DNA of 60,607 nucleotides, counting the filler. It is 6 parts of 6 records of this genome, joined end to end, with 100 filler letters (N's around TTAATTAATTAA, not from the genome) between each part and the next. Parts side by side here need not be neighbours in the genome. Positions count along the whole stretch, not along the records: positions 38,918 to 48,162 come from DRR723986_673; positions 48,263 to 60,607 come from DRR723986_674; 4 more parts are not named here. The stretch is one strand, 5' to 3'. The notes under the pieces were generated by a model. The model was not told the DNA's origin. It saw only the letters and a list, made by a program, of their open reading frames with translations, and did no database searches. Below are positions 40,097-49,928 of the stretch, piece by piece; position 1 is the stretch's first letter, and the number at the start of each line of letters is the position of its first letter. Both the position numbers and the translations under genes were made by a program.

Positions 40097-41143
40097 TCAA
40101 GCCGCGATTGTTTGGCCCCTTCCGGCACCCGATGACAAAGGCGCACTTGCGGCGCGCATTGCGCTGACCAGGAATTCCGCCTCACTGCACGTAAGCATCA
40201 TCCTCGCACTCTGTGCAGTTGCCGTCATCGGTGCTTGCCCGACCGAAGGGAAAATGCGCGAAATCTCGGTGATTGATTGTTTTGGCAAAACACCAAGCGC
40301 CGTGTCACCAAGGAAGAAGCTTTCGGTTGGCTGGTTCTCTGCCAAGAGCACCTCGTGCTGACCCAGCAAGATGTGATAGTAGGTTACCTCGCGGGCGCTT
40401 TGGTGAAAGATATCACGATGGTTGACCAGTGATTTTGCTGGCACCCAGACATCGGGTTGATCAAAATGCAAACTGGCCAATGGAGAGCTGACCATCACGC
40501 GGTGCTGCGGCGACAGGCAAAGCGGGCGTTCGTTGCTGAGAAAACCGGGGGTGATCACGACCGGCGCCGATGATCCGGTTGCAATCACCGTTCGTTTGCC
40601 AATCCACAAAATCTCTTGTGCGCTGTTATCAAGGGTTGTCACTTTGTCGCCCACCCGCAGCGTTTCCACCGGGACGTTTCCGCGCGGTGTCAGAATGTTG
40701 GTGCCGCCGGTAAAGCAGAGATAGCTAAAACTTTCGGAATCCTGATCACTGGTCCAGAAAGCATTGGGGTTGGATGGGCCACCGCCATTGCTCCAATACC
40801 ATTCCTCAAGATCATGGTTCGGTGTCCAGACCATCTGGACCAATTCGCCGGTGTTGGAGTTGATCCCTTCAAACACAATCGCGCCCTGCCCCGGCTGCAA
40901 ATAGTCAGAGCGGATGACAGTGGCATCCTCAATGTTACCGCCACCGAGACCCTGCCAAGAGATATCGTAGGTCTCGCCCGTTTCAAAATTACGCGGATCA
41001 GCGTCACCTGTGTTCGAGGTGACCGTCAGATTTGTGGCCGAACTTGGCGGATGGTCAAAATAACTGCGATCCGATTGCGCGTTCACATTTGACCCGCTCG
41101 CAACTGCGAATTCGTGATCAGGTGGCGTGAACGTCATAATCAT
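40097..41143 (-). CDS. Hint (BIL-B / Hint_2) domain protein
   Basis: CFTGGTNILTPRGNVPVETLRVGD, SPQHRV and YYHILLGQHEVLLAENQPTESF. GAAAGGA RBS before ATG 41143. Confidence 0.9.
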   Translation of the reverse strand: MIMTFTPPDHEFAVASGSNVNAQSDRSYFDHPPSSATNLTVTSNTGDADPRNFETGETYDISWQGLGGGNIEDATVIRSDYLQPGQGAIVFEGINSNTGELVQMVWTPNHDLEEWYWSNGGGPSNPNAFWTSDQDSESFSYLCFTGGTNILTPRGNVPVETLRVGDKVTTLDNSAQEILWIGKRTVIATGSSAPVVITPGFLSNERPLCLSPQHRVMVSSPLASLHFDQPDVWVPAKSLVNHRDIFHQSAREVTYYHILLGQHEVLLAENQPTESFFLGDTALGVLPKQSITEISRIFPSVGQAPMTATAQSARMMLTCSEAEFLVSAMRAASAPLSSGAGRGQTIAA

Positions 41144-41380
41144 CGGATCAATCCTTTCAGGGCCTCCGGCCTCCCTCGACCGGTGGCGTTGCAAGGGCGA
41201 TAAGCAGACGCTTTGGCCATTCCGTGATTGAAATGGGGCAGGAATGGGGCAACGTCTCTGGCAGGACCACAAAATCTTTAAATGTTTTGACAAAGGCAAA
41301 ACGTGCGAAAAGCAGATTTGAGGGGCTCACTGGCCAAAGAATGGTTTGGTGATCGGGGGCGCATTGGCTAGCGTGATCAA

Positions 41381-42523
41381 ATGACAGATGCCTTGCCCCC
41401 GTTTTATGCTTCCGTTCCGGTACAGGATGATTTTGCCGCCCTGTCGGACACTGAAAACTACACCTCTTTGCCAGAGGATTGGTGGGTCGGCACATCAGAC
41501 ATCGTTGGATCAACGCAAGCCGCCGCCGCAGGGAAATACAAAACCGTCAACATGGTTGGGGCGGCTGTGATTTCTGCCCAGATCAACGCACATGGCGGGG
41601 CGGCGTTTCCCTATATCTTTGGCGGCGACGGCGCTGGGTTTGCCGTTCCGCCCGAATGGAAAGACCGCGCGGCGCAGGCCCTGGCGGCGGTTCAGGTCTG
41701 GGCGGCGGAAGAGTTTGAGATGTCCCTGCGGATCGGCATGGTGCGCATCTCGGAGGTGCGGGCCGCGGGCCATGATGTGCGCATTGCCCGGTTTGGTGCG
41801 GCGGCAGGCGTCGATTACGCGATGTTCGCGGGCGGCGGGTTGGCTTGGGCAGAGGCGCGTATGAAGGATGGCGCAAACGGCCTGCCGCCCGCGCCGCCGG
41901 GCACACAACCTGACCTCACCGGATTGTCGTGCCGTTGGAGCCATATGCCAAGCCGCTATGGCGCGATCCTTTCGGTGGTGATCATGCCCGCCCGCAAGGC
42001 AGAAGACCCCGCCTTTGCAAAGCTGGCCAATCAGGTTGTTACCTTGGCAGGCGGCCTGGACCGGTCCGGCCATCCCGGCGACACCAGCGGCCCCGGCGTG
42101 GACTGGCCGCCTGCTGGCGCCCAGCTTGAAGCCCATGCACAACACGGTTCGGGATCGCTTGGCGCGGCGCGGCGCAAAGCGTTGTTTGAAAGTTTCGTTG
42201 CGTGGCTGTTGATCAAGACAGGTCTCAAGCTCGGCGGCTTCGACGCCCGCCGCTACCGCCGGGTCGTGGGGCAAAACGCCGATTTCCGTAAATTCGAAGA
42301 CGGGCTGAAGATGACCGTTGATTGCGACCCTGAAACAGAGGCCAATTTGCGTGCACTGCTGGACAAGGCTGCGGCGAAGGGGGTCGTCAGATATGGCATT
42401 CACGCCCAGTCAGAGGCGATGATGACCTGCATTGTGCCGTCCATTATGACAGATGATCACGTGCATTTTGTCGATGGTGCCTCGGGCGGCTATACCGTCG
42501 CCGCGCAAGCCATCAAGGGATGA
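41381..42523 (+). CDS. DUF3095 family protein (adenylate-cyclase-like N-terminus)
   Basis: SDIVGST...GKYKTVNMVGAA, FGGDGA, LTGLSCRW, DFRKFEDGL and HVHFVDGASGGY. Confidence 0.85.
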   Translation: MTDALPPFYASVPVQDDFAALSDTENYTSLPEDWWVGTSDIVGSTQAAAAGKYKTVNMVGAAVISAQINAHGGAAFPYIFGGDGAGFAVPPEWKDRAAQALAAVQVWAAEEFEMSLRIGMVRISEVRAAGHDVRIARFGAAAGVDYAMFAGGGLAWAEARMKDGANGLPPAPPGTQPDLTGLSCRWSHMPSRYGAILSVVIMPARKAEDPAFAKLANQVVTLAGGLDRSGHPGDTSGPGVDWPPAGAQLEAHAQHGSGSLGAARRKALFESFVAWLLIKTGLKLGGFDARRYRRVVGQNADFRKFEDGLKMTVDCDPETEANLRALLDKAAAKGVVRYGIHAQSEAMMTCIVPSIMTDDHVHFVDGASGGYTVAAQAIKG

Positions 42524-42556
42524 CCCGCGCAGCGAACTGAAATCTATGGCAGGCGA

Positions 42557-43855
42557 TCAGCCCTCAAACACCTTGGCGCCTTGCAGACGGAACATGGCCG
42601 CGCGCCTGTGACCTTCCATCTCTTCGGTCGCCGCTTGACGGCCCGCGGGTAGCGCCACGGTCTCAACGCCCCGATCTTCGAGCCATTGGTGGGTGCAGAT
42701 TTTTACAAATGAGCCAACCCAAAGCCCGCCCGTATAGCGCCCGGCCCCCATTGTCGGCAGGGTATGATTGGTGCCGCAGCATTTATCAGAATACACAACC
42801 GAGGCATTCTCGCCGATAAACAGCGACCCGTAGTGGCGCAGTTTCTGGCCAGTCGCCTTTGAATCGCGGGTGTGAACCTGCAAATGTTCGGCTGCGATGA
42901 TGTCGGAGTATGCGATCATCGCCTCTTCGGTTTCACAGACAACAATGGATCCGTAATCGCGCCATGCGGGGGCGGCAACTGCGGCTGTGGACAGATGGGT
43001 CAGCTGGGCTTCGACTTCCTTCAATGTGGCCTGCGCCAGCGCCGCGTCGGTGGTGATCAGCCCCACACGGGTGCGCACATCATGTTCGGCCTGTGCCAGC
43101 AGATCTGCAGCCACCATCACCGGATTGGCGGTCTCATCTGCAACAATGAAAATTTCGCTTGGGCCAGCCAATTGGTCAATTCCGACCGGACCAAACACCT
43201 GCCGCTTGGCTTCGTTCACGAAGGCATTGCCGGGGCCGACGATCTTGTCCACCGAAGGCACGGTCTGCGTGCCAAAGGCCATCGCCGCGATGGCCTGCGC
43301 CCCGCCGATGCGAAAAATCCGGTCAGCACCTGACAGATGGCACCCGGCGATCATCGCAGGGTGGGCGTTGGGCGGCAGGCAGGCTACCACCTCATCACAG
43401 CCCGCCACCTTGGCCGGAACAAGGCTCATGATCGGCGCTGATAACAGCGGGAACCGCCCGCCGGGCACATAGCAACCGACCCGTTCAATCGGGATGACGC
43501 GGTGCCCCAGATGAATACCGGGATGCAGTTCGACCTCAAGCGGCAAGATCGTGTCCATCTGTGCCTGCGCAAACCGCCGGACATTGTCGATGGCAAATTC
43601 GGTATCGGCACGGGTTTGTGGATCCAGTTGTGCCAGCGCCGCTTCGCGGTCTTTGGCACTGACTTCAAACGCCTCAAGGTCGGAGCCGTCAAACTTGCTG
43701 GCATATTTGGCCACCGCGGCGTCCCCATCCTTGCGGACGTCATCGAGGACCGTTTTGACCAGATTTTCAATTTCCGCAGTGTCTTTTTCAGCGCTGCGTT
43801 CCGGCGTTTTTACAAATGTCAGCTGGGCGTTCAGGGCGTCGTCGATATGGATCAT
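42557..43855 (-). CDS. Histidinol dehydrogenase-family protein, HpsN (sulfopropanediol dehydrogenase)-like
   Basis: GCYVPGG, GPGNAFV, AGPSE, QAEHD and EHL. Has DKCCGTNHTLPT...GRYTGGLWVG rather than the HisD GDY.AG.NH. Confidence 0.8.
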   Translation of the reverse strand: MIHIDDALNAQLTFVKTPERSAEKDTAEIENLVKTVLDDVRKDGDAAVAKYASKFDGSDLEAFEVSAKDREAALAQLDPQTRADTEFAIDNVRRFAQAQMDTILPLEVELHPGIHLGHRVIPIERVGCYVPGGRFPLLSAPIMSLVPAKVAGCDEVVACLPPNAHPAMIAGCHLSGADRIFRIGGAQAIAAMAFGTQTVPSVDKIVGPGNAFVNEAKRQVFGPVGIDQLAGPSEIFIVADETANPVMVAADLLAQAEHDVRTRVGLITTDAALAQATLKEVEAQLTHLSTAAVAAPAWRDYGSIVVCETEEAMIAYSDIIAAEHLQVHTRDSKATGQKLRHYGSLFIGENASVVYSDKCCGTNHTLPTMGAGRYTGGLWVGSFVKICTHQWLEDRGVETVALPAGRQAATEEMEGHRRAAMFRLQGAKVFEG

Positions 43856-43920
43856 GGGATTCGCTCTTTGGTGTGAGGGCATTTACCCCGGATCATCTTC
43901 GGTTGCTGTGCGCCAATCAA

Positions 43921-43953
43921 TTGACTTGTGACCAATGGTCAAGATAATGAACA
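43921..43953 (+). promoter_or_regulatory. Promoter with PuuR-type operator repeats
   Basis: TTGACT-N16-GATAAT. Overlapping palindromes TGACCA-A-TGGTCA (43929-41) and TGGTCA-AGATAA-TGAACA (43936-53). Confidence 0.6.
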
Positions 43954-43969
43954 TGGTAGGGAGACTTCG

Positions 43970-44518
43970 ATGGCCAAAGTAGGAAAACGCGTCGCCACGT
44001 TGCGGCAACGGCGGATGCTCACCGTGAGAGAGCTAGCAGTGCGATCAGGCATTGCGCACTCTACTATATCTTTGATTGAACGCGATAAAGTCAGCCCATC
44101 CGTTGACACCTTGGCCGCAATTGTCGATGCATTGGGCGCGACATTGACAGCATTTTTTGGCATTGAAGGTGTGCAGGAGGGCATTCACCCCTTTTACAGT
44201 GAGGCGGATTTGGTCGAAATAGGCTCCACTGAGCAGATTTCTTACCGGATGGTCGGAATGAACTTTTCCGAGCGGCAGATGCTGTTGATGATGGAAACCT
44301 ATCAGCCCGGCGCGGTATCGACCGAAGCGTTAAGCCATAAGGCCCAAGAAGGCGGGTTTGTTCTGCAAGGCGCGGTGCGGGTATCTGTGGGCGACGATGT
44401 GCGGGTGCTCAAAGCTGGGGACGGCTATTATTTTGACAGCCGCATCCCCCATTCATTTGAGAACCTGTCAGAGGGCGAAAGCAAGATTGTCAGCGCGGTC
44501 ACGCCGCCAAATTACTGA
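43970..44518 (+). CDS. XRE-cupin regulator (PuuR-like)
   Basis: LTVRELAVRSG..STISLIERDKVSPSV and cupin H..QEGG..GDGYYFDSRIPHSFEN. Confidence 0.9.
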   Translation: MAKVGKRVATLRQRRMLTVRELAVRSGIAHSTISLIERDKVSPSVDTLAAIVDALGATLTAFFGIEGVQEGIHPFYSEADLVEIGSTEQISYRMVGMNFSERQMLLMMETYQPGAVSTEALSHKAQEGGFVLQGAVRVSVGDDVRVLKAGDGYYFDSRIPHSFENLSEGESKIVSAVTPPNY

Positions 44519-45897
44519 GCCTCTGCCGCCATGTCCGCCGCGCGAAAGTCAGGTTTTTGGCAACAGTGATCAGTCGCGCGTTCAAACATCTGTGCCACCT
44601 GCAACACCTTCATGTCATCATGCCGCGCTCCGACGATCTGGAGCCCTAGGGGCATACCATCCTGCATCCCCACCGGAATAGAAATGGCAGGTTGGCCGCT
44701 CATGTTAAACGGGATGGTTCGCATCGGTGTCCATGTCGCCTTGCCATCTTCAAAGCTGTCAAACCGCATTGCGGGGCACAAGGTGGTAGGCAGGATCAAC
44801 ACGTCATAGTCCGCCATCGTTGCACCGGCTTGCCGGGCAAAGTCCTGCACCACGGCCAGTCCTTGCGCGTAAGTCTGATCGTTCACGGCACGCCCGGCTC
44901 GCATCGTATCAAGCAGCATTCGGCCAACCTGATCAGGGCTGCGCGAAATCTCTGACCAGTGATTGCGCACTTGCTCATGCAGCAACACGTCACAGGCCGC
45001 GTCCTCTAGCGGCGCATAATCGGGCAAGTCCACGAGGGTCACAGACGCCCCTGCCAAGCTGAGATCGGAGGCGGCTTTGTCGTAATACTGCACGGTCTGG
45101 GCATCACACCAATTGCGGACAAAACCCACACGCAGCTTTGCCGATTGCCCCTCTGGCGCCGGCATTCCGGCCATGGCCGTCATTGCAAATGCCGCATCTT
45201 CCGCGGTCTGTGTGAGCAGGCCAATGTGATCCAATGTTTGCGACAGTGGCATGACGCCCTCCATCGGGAACCTGTCAAAGGTGGGTTTGAACCCGACCGC
45301 ACCGCAAAAGGCCGCCGGGCTGCGCACAGACCCGCCCGTATCGGTGCCAAGCGCCAATGGCACCATTCCGCCCGCCACTGCCGCTGCTGAACCGGACGAC
45401 GATCCGCCAGTGATATGATCCGCATACCATGGGTTGCGTGGCTGGGCATAAAGGCTGCTTGGGTCCGGCCCAACGGTCGCCATCTCATAGGTGGCCACGA
45501 CCCCCACCAGCACAGCGCATTGCCCCCGCAGGATTTCAACGACCGGTGCATCCTGCGCCGCGATCCGATCCCCGCAGAGAGACGACCCCCAGCGTATCGG
45601 CCATCCCGCCACGTCGATCACATCTTTGATGGCAACAGGAATGCCTTGCAGCGGGCCATGGTCCAGACCTTCGGCAAACGCCGCATCCGCCGCCGCTGCC
45701 GCGGCAAGCGCTCCGTCCCGATCAACATGGACAAAGGCGCCAATCTGCGGATCGCGGTCGGCGATGCGGGTCAGAAACGCGCGAACAAGCGCCACGGAGG
45801 AAAGCTGCCCCGCCCGCAACGCCGCCGCCATTTGCGCCATGGTCAGATCGGCGGGGTTGCCATCGGTGCCTTCGGGAATGGCCTGCATTTTGGACAT
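44512..45897 (-). CDS. Amidase signature family protein
   Basis: [19 protein letters not shown] and [12 protein letters not shown]. Confidence 0.92.
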   Translation of the reverse strand: MSKMQAIPEGTDGNPADLTMAQMAAALRAGQLSSVALVRAFLTRIADRDPQIGAFVHVDRDGALAAAAAADAAFAEGLDHGPLQGIPVAIKDVIDVAGWPIRWGSSLCGDRIAAQDAPVVEILRGQCAVLVGVVATYEMATVGPDPSSLYAQPRNPWYADHITGGSSSGSAAAVAGGMVPLALGTDTGGSVRSPAAFCGAVGFKPTFDRFPMEGVMPLSQTLDHIGLLTQTAEDAAFAMTAMAGMPAPEGQSAKLRVGFVRNWCDAQTVQYYDKAASDLSLAGASVTLVDLPDYAPLEDAACDVLLHEQVRNHWSEISRSPDQVGRMLLDTMRAGRAVNDQTYAQGLAVVQDFARQAGATMADYDVLILPTTLCPAMRFDSFEDGKATWTPMRTIPFNMSGQPAISIPVGMQDGMPLGLQIVGARHDDMKVLQVAQMFERATDHCCQKPDFRAADMAAEAQ

Positions 45898-45898
45898 G

Positions 45899-46864
45899 TT
45901 ACCCCTGCCAGGTTGCACCCGCCGCATCATCTGTGGCGATGATGTGATACAGCGCTGCCTCGCCTGTCATGGAAGGCACCGCCCGGTGCTCCAGCCCTTC
46001 TGGAACCGACATCGTATCGCCCGGTGCCAGCGTGGCAGAGCCGCCCTCATAGTCGACACGCCAGTGGCCCTTGACCGGCATCAAAACCGAGGGCCGGTCA
46101 TGTTTGTGCATCTCGTCAGACGCGCAGGCGCGGGTGATAAAATCAATCTCGAAACCCGGCTTGTCACGAATGATGCCGGTCTCGCCAATCACCTTGACCG
46201 GTGCGTCCTCGGCCAGCGCGACCATATCCAGATAGCGTCGCACATAGCCGCCGATCACCTGCATGGCGCTGGGACAATCAACCTTGTCCAGCTCGGCCTG
46301 GGTCAACAGCGGCATCGGGGATACGCCATCAGGCAGGGTTTCGCCTTTCTTGCTGTCATACAGCTTGCCATTCTCGCCAAGGATTAGCCCATGCGCTTTG
46401 GCGTCTTCGATCACATGCGGGGCCCAGATCACGCCGCCGCCGGCATCATCACCGCCCAGAACCGCCATGATCATTCCATAGTCGGTGCCGATGTTTTCGA
46501 AACCGCGAAAGATGTTGGTGGGGATGTTAAAGATGTCGCCCTCTTCGAGAATGACCTCGCCCGCATCGCCATGTTCACCCCAGAAAAACCGCCAGCGGCC
46601 ACTGAGGATAAAGAACACCTCAGCGGTGCGGTGGTTATGCATGGAGTTCCGGCACTTGGGCGGCTGGCCTGCCGCGCCGATGTTGAACCCGTGCGGAATG
46701 CCGATGTGCACGTGCTGATCAGGGCTTTCGCTGACACCGCCACCGATGATCGTAAAGTTCTCCTTCTGATCGCTACCGGGGGTGTGGGCGTCAATGAACG
46801 CGGTCCGGCAAGGGCGCAAATCGCCATAGCGCACGATGCGGCTTTCGATCTCTTGAGGTGTCAT
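45899..46864 (-). CDS. Bicupin hypothetical protein
   Basis: NSMHNHRTAEVF...GDIFNIP..IFRGFEN plus a second cupin HKH...PGDTMSVPEGLEH. AAGGA RBS region. Confidence 0.82.
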   Translation of the reverse strand: MTPQEIESRIVRYGDLRPCRTAFIDAHTPGSDQKENFTIIGGGVSESPDQHVHIGIPHGFNIGAAGQPPKCRNSMHNHRTAEVFFILSGRWRFFWGEHGDAGEVILEEGDIFNIPTNIFRGFENIGTDYGMIMAVLGGDDAGGGVIWAPHVIEDAKAHGLILGENGKLYDSKKGETLPDGVSPMPLLTQAELDKVDCPSAMQVIGGYVRRYLDMVALAEDAPVKVIGETGIIRDKPGFEIDFITRACASDEMHKHDRPSVLMPVKGHWRVDYEGGSATLAPGDTMSVPEGLEHRAVPSMTGEAALYHIIATDDAAGATWQG

Positions 46865-46926
46865 CTTGTTGTCCTTTTCCTTTTGCGCACGCCTTGAGCG
46901 CGTCTTGTACTCTTTTGGGGCTTTGC

Positions 46927-47949
46927 TCAGCCTTGCCTTTGGCTGGGTCCGCCTGTTGATCCGCGCACGATCAGTTCGCCCTCAAGGCGCAGTTTGCGCG
47001 CCGGGATGTCGGCGTTGTCAATCTGCGCCAGCAGGACATCCACGGTCTGCGCCACCATCCGGTTGATGGGCTGGCGGTAGCTGGTCAAATCATAGGCTGG
47101 CCACGCCGCAATCGGCACGTCGTCAAACCCCGCGACCAACAGGTCTTCGGGGATGCGCATCCCGATCTTGTGGCGCACCGCATCGACAAAGGCGAAGGCC
47201 ATGTGATCATTGCAAACAAAGACCGCATCCGGTCGATCACGGCCAGCACAAAACTCCAAGGCGGCAGTGCGGGCCAACGGATATTCAAACCCGCCCACCT
47301 CGCGCATGGCAAGGGAAAGCCCCGCCTCTTCCAGCCCCTGCAAAAACCCTTTTTCACGGTCGATCTGTGTCGAGGCGCCTTCAAAGCCGGCAACATAGCC
47401 AACCCGCTGAGCGCCCTTTTCGGCAAAGTGCCGCGCGATGGCCCGTCCGCCTTCGATGTTGTCGGTGGTGACCGCGCTCATCCGCGCATCATCTTGATCG
47501 CGGTTAAACAGAACCACCGGAATGCCGTGGTCTTCACATTTGCTGGCAAGGCTTGAGGACATGGAGACCGAGGCCAGCACGATCCCATCAACCTGATAGT
47601 CAAGCAGTTGGCGCATCACATCGTCGGTGTCACCGATCGTGGGCGTCGCCATAAAGACCAGCGCATGATACCCCTGCTCTTGCAAGGCAACAGCCAGCCG
47701 TTCGATGGCTTCGGGATAAAACTGGTTGTCCAGATACGCCACGACAAGCCCGATGATCTGGCTGCGGCCCGTGGTCATGGCGCGGGCCAGAACGTTGGGG
47801 CTGTAGCCAAGGCTTTCGGCGGCCCGCATCACCTTTTCACGGGTCTTGTCCGACACGCTGCCGCCGGGGGTAAAAACCCGGCTGACGGCGGATTGACTGA
47901 CCCCCGCCTTGTGGGCCACCTGCATGGACGTCACTCTGGATTTGTTCAC
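46927..47949 (-). CDS. LacI family regulator (HpsR-like)
   Basis: VTSMQVAHKAGVSQSAVSRVF, LGYSPN, CNDHMA and GFDD. Start approximate (GTG 47949 or 47958). Confidence 0.9.
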   Translation of the reverse strand: MNKSRVTSMQVAHKAGVSQSAVSRVFTPGGSVSDKTREKVMRAAESLGYSPNVLARAMTTGRSQIIGLVVAYLDNQFYPEAIERLAVALQEQGYHALVFMATPTIGDTDDVMRQLLDYQVDGIVLASVSMSSSLASKCEDHGIPVVLFNRDQDDARMSAVTTDNIEGGRAIARHFAEKGAQRVGYVAGFEGASTQIDREKGFLQGLEEAGLSLAMREVGGFEYPLARTAALEFCAGRDRPDAVFVCNDHMAFAFVDAVRHKIGMRIPEDLLVAGFDDVPIAAWPAYDLTSYRQPINRMVAQTVDVLLAQIDNADIPARKLRLEGELIVRGSTGGPSQRQG

Positions 47950-48162
47950 TTTCCCCACCTTGCGCGGCCGCCTTGCAAGGGCAGATGTCGCCGCTGGCAA
48001 CATGTCGCCCCGGATGCCTTGGCTGGCATCTATCGGTCCGTAGCTCCGTGATAGAACAAAACCATCTCGGAGAGGAGTGCCCTGTCCAAATTCTTCGTCC
48101 AACGTGATTACTCCGCCGCGTCCTGCCACTGCGCCGCCTCGCCATATGGCACGTTCTGGCCG

Positions 48163-48262
48163 NNNNNNNNNNNNNNNNNNNNNNNNNNNNNNNNNNNNNN
48201 NNNNNNTTAATTAATTAANNNNNNNNNNNNNNNNNNNNNNNNNNNNNNNNNNNNNNNNNNNN
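48163..48262. other. Artificial contig spacer; the organism changes after it
   Basis: N44-TTAATTAATTAA-N44. Base composition and gene style differ downstream. Confidence 0.97.
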
Positions 48263-48555
48263 AGGGTCGAGCCCTTAGGGCTGGATCCCGTGATTTTTTT
48301 GAGCGCCCCTGATCCTCCAACAGCCAAATTATCAACCCCACAACCCTGCTTGTTACCCCCTAAATACAGCCGCAAAAACTCACTCCGTCTCAATCCTCAG
48401 CTGCAATCTCCACCACCCAAGACTCAACCCGCAATCCAAGCCCCCCCAATCCGCCGGCTGAAAAAAATCACATCCGTCCAGCGCAAATCTGACACACCAA
48501 CAACAGCCACACTGCCACATTCGCCCGACGCTCCACGCTCCACGCCCAAACGCTT

Positions 48556-48593
48556 TAAAATTCAAACGGCGGAATCGAAATTCGATTCCGCCG
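48556..48593 (-). terminator. Intrinsic terminator downstream of trxB
   Basis: 13-bp inverted repeat CGGCGGAATCGAA/TTCGATTCCGCCG, followed on the minus strand by TTTGAATTTT. Confidence 0.7.
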
Positions 48594-48730
48594 CTTCAAG
48601 TTGTACTGCAGGTTTCATTACTGCAGAATTCCGGCACAGTGACAAACAAGAAAATCAAACTGCTTGCCATGTCTGCATGAGCAAGCTTGTAAGCCAGGCC
48701 AACCCAAATCAATTCAACCCACGCCGGGAT

Positions 48731-49675
48731 TTAAGCTTCCTGGGCTTCCAGCCAGCGCTCAGCGTCAATTGCTGCCATACAACCGCTGCCGGCAGCCGTA
48801 ACTGCCTGACGGTACACCGAGTCCTGCACGTCACCACAGGCGAACATGCCGTCGATATTCGTGTAGGTCGAGTCGGGCTTGGTAATGATATAACCCGTCT
48901 CGTCCATGTCCAGCACGCCGGTGAACAGATCCGAGTTGGGACGGTGACCAATACCAATAAACACGCCGCCAATCGGATGTAAACGCGTCTCATTTGAGTT
49001 CATATCGCGCAGTTTGACAGCATCCAGATGGTTCATACCGTTCTTTTCGCTACCAACAAATTCATCGATAACCGTGTCAACCATGAATTCAATTTTGGGA
49101 TTGTTGCGCGCGCGGTCCAGCATAATTTTGGAGGCACGGAACTCCTTGCGGCGATGCACAATCGTTACTTTTGAGGCAAAACGCGTCAGGAATGTCGCTT
49201 CCTCCATGGCTGTGTCACCACCGCCAACGACCATGACTTCCTGGTCTTTGAAGAAGAAGCCGTCACATGTGGCACAGGCCGAAACGCCGTAGCCCATGTA
49301 CTTGTCCTCACCCTCAGCGCCGAGCAGCTTGGCCGTAGCACCCGTCGCGATTATCACGGCGTCAAAAGTGAACTCATTGCCCTTGTCGGTATGCAGCTGG
49401 AAGGGACGCTCAAAGGAGACCTTGTCAACAAATTCGTAGAGGCTCTTGGCGCCAAAGCGGTGCGCCTGCTTGCGGAAAATTTCCATCATTTCCGGCCCCA
49501 TAATGCCATCGGCATAGCCCGGATAGTTTTCGACGTCGGTCGTGATCATCAGCTGACCACCCGGCTGCATGCCTTCAAAAATTGTGACGTCAAAGTTGGC
49601 GCGCGCAGCGTAAAGTGCGGCGGTAAAACCCGCAGGACCTGAACCGATAATGGCTACTTTTAGATTCGATGACAT
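48731..49675 (-). CDS. trxB: Thioredoxin-disulfide reductase
   Basis: [34 protein letters not shown] and [10 protein letters not shown]. Confidence 0.97.
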   Translation of the reverse strand: MSSNLKVAIIGSGPAGFTAALYAARANFDVTIFEGMQPGGQLMITTDVENYPGYADGIMGPEMMEIFRKQAHRFGAKSLYEFVDKVSFERPFQLHTDKGNEFTFDAVIIATGATAKLLGAEGEDKYMGYGVSACATCDGFFFKDQEVMVVGGGDTAMEEATFLTRFASKVTIVHRRKEFRASKIMLDRARNNPKIEFMVDTVIDEFVGSEKNGMNHLDAVKLRDMNSNETRLHPIGGVFIGIGHRPNSDLFTGVLDMDETGYIITKPDSTYTNIDGMFACGDVQDSVYRQAVTAAGSGCMAAIDAERWLEAQEA

Positions 49676-49928
49676 GAAGTGTTCCCGTCAATTTCCGCTA
49701 GGGAGTTCTACAATTCCTGACTGTGCCAGAGCGGCAGTGCAGTCGATGAAGACCTGCAAACAGTGGAATTATTGTACTTGTTCCCACCGTGCAAAAATGG
49801 CGTGTAGATCGTAAAAATTCCGCTGCTTAACTGCTCAGGTTTTGGCTGAATCTTCAAAACATTTGGTAATGACTGTTCGCTTAAACTCATTGCGCAGGAT
49901 CATTGTTGAGGGGCACTATTGAGGGTCA

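Noticed and set aside
48290-48730. ORF 48290..48982 and a C/A-skewed tract
   Set aside because: Low-complexity translation overlapping trxB antisense and spanning a terminator. Likely non-coding, with no periodic repeat seen.
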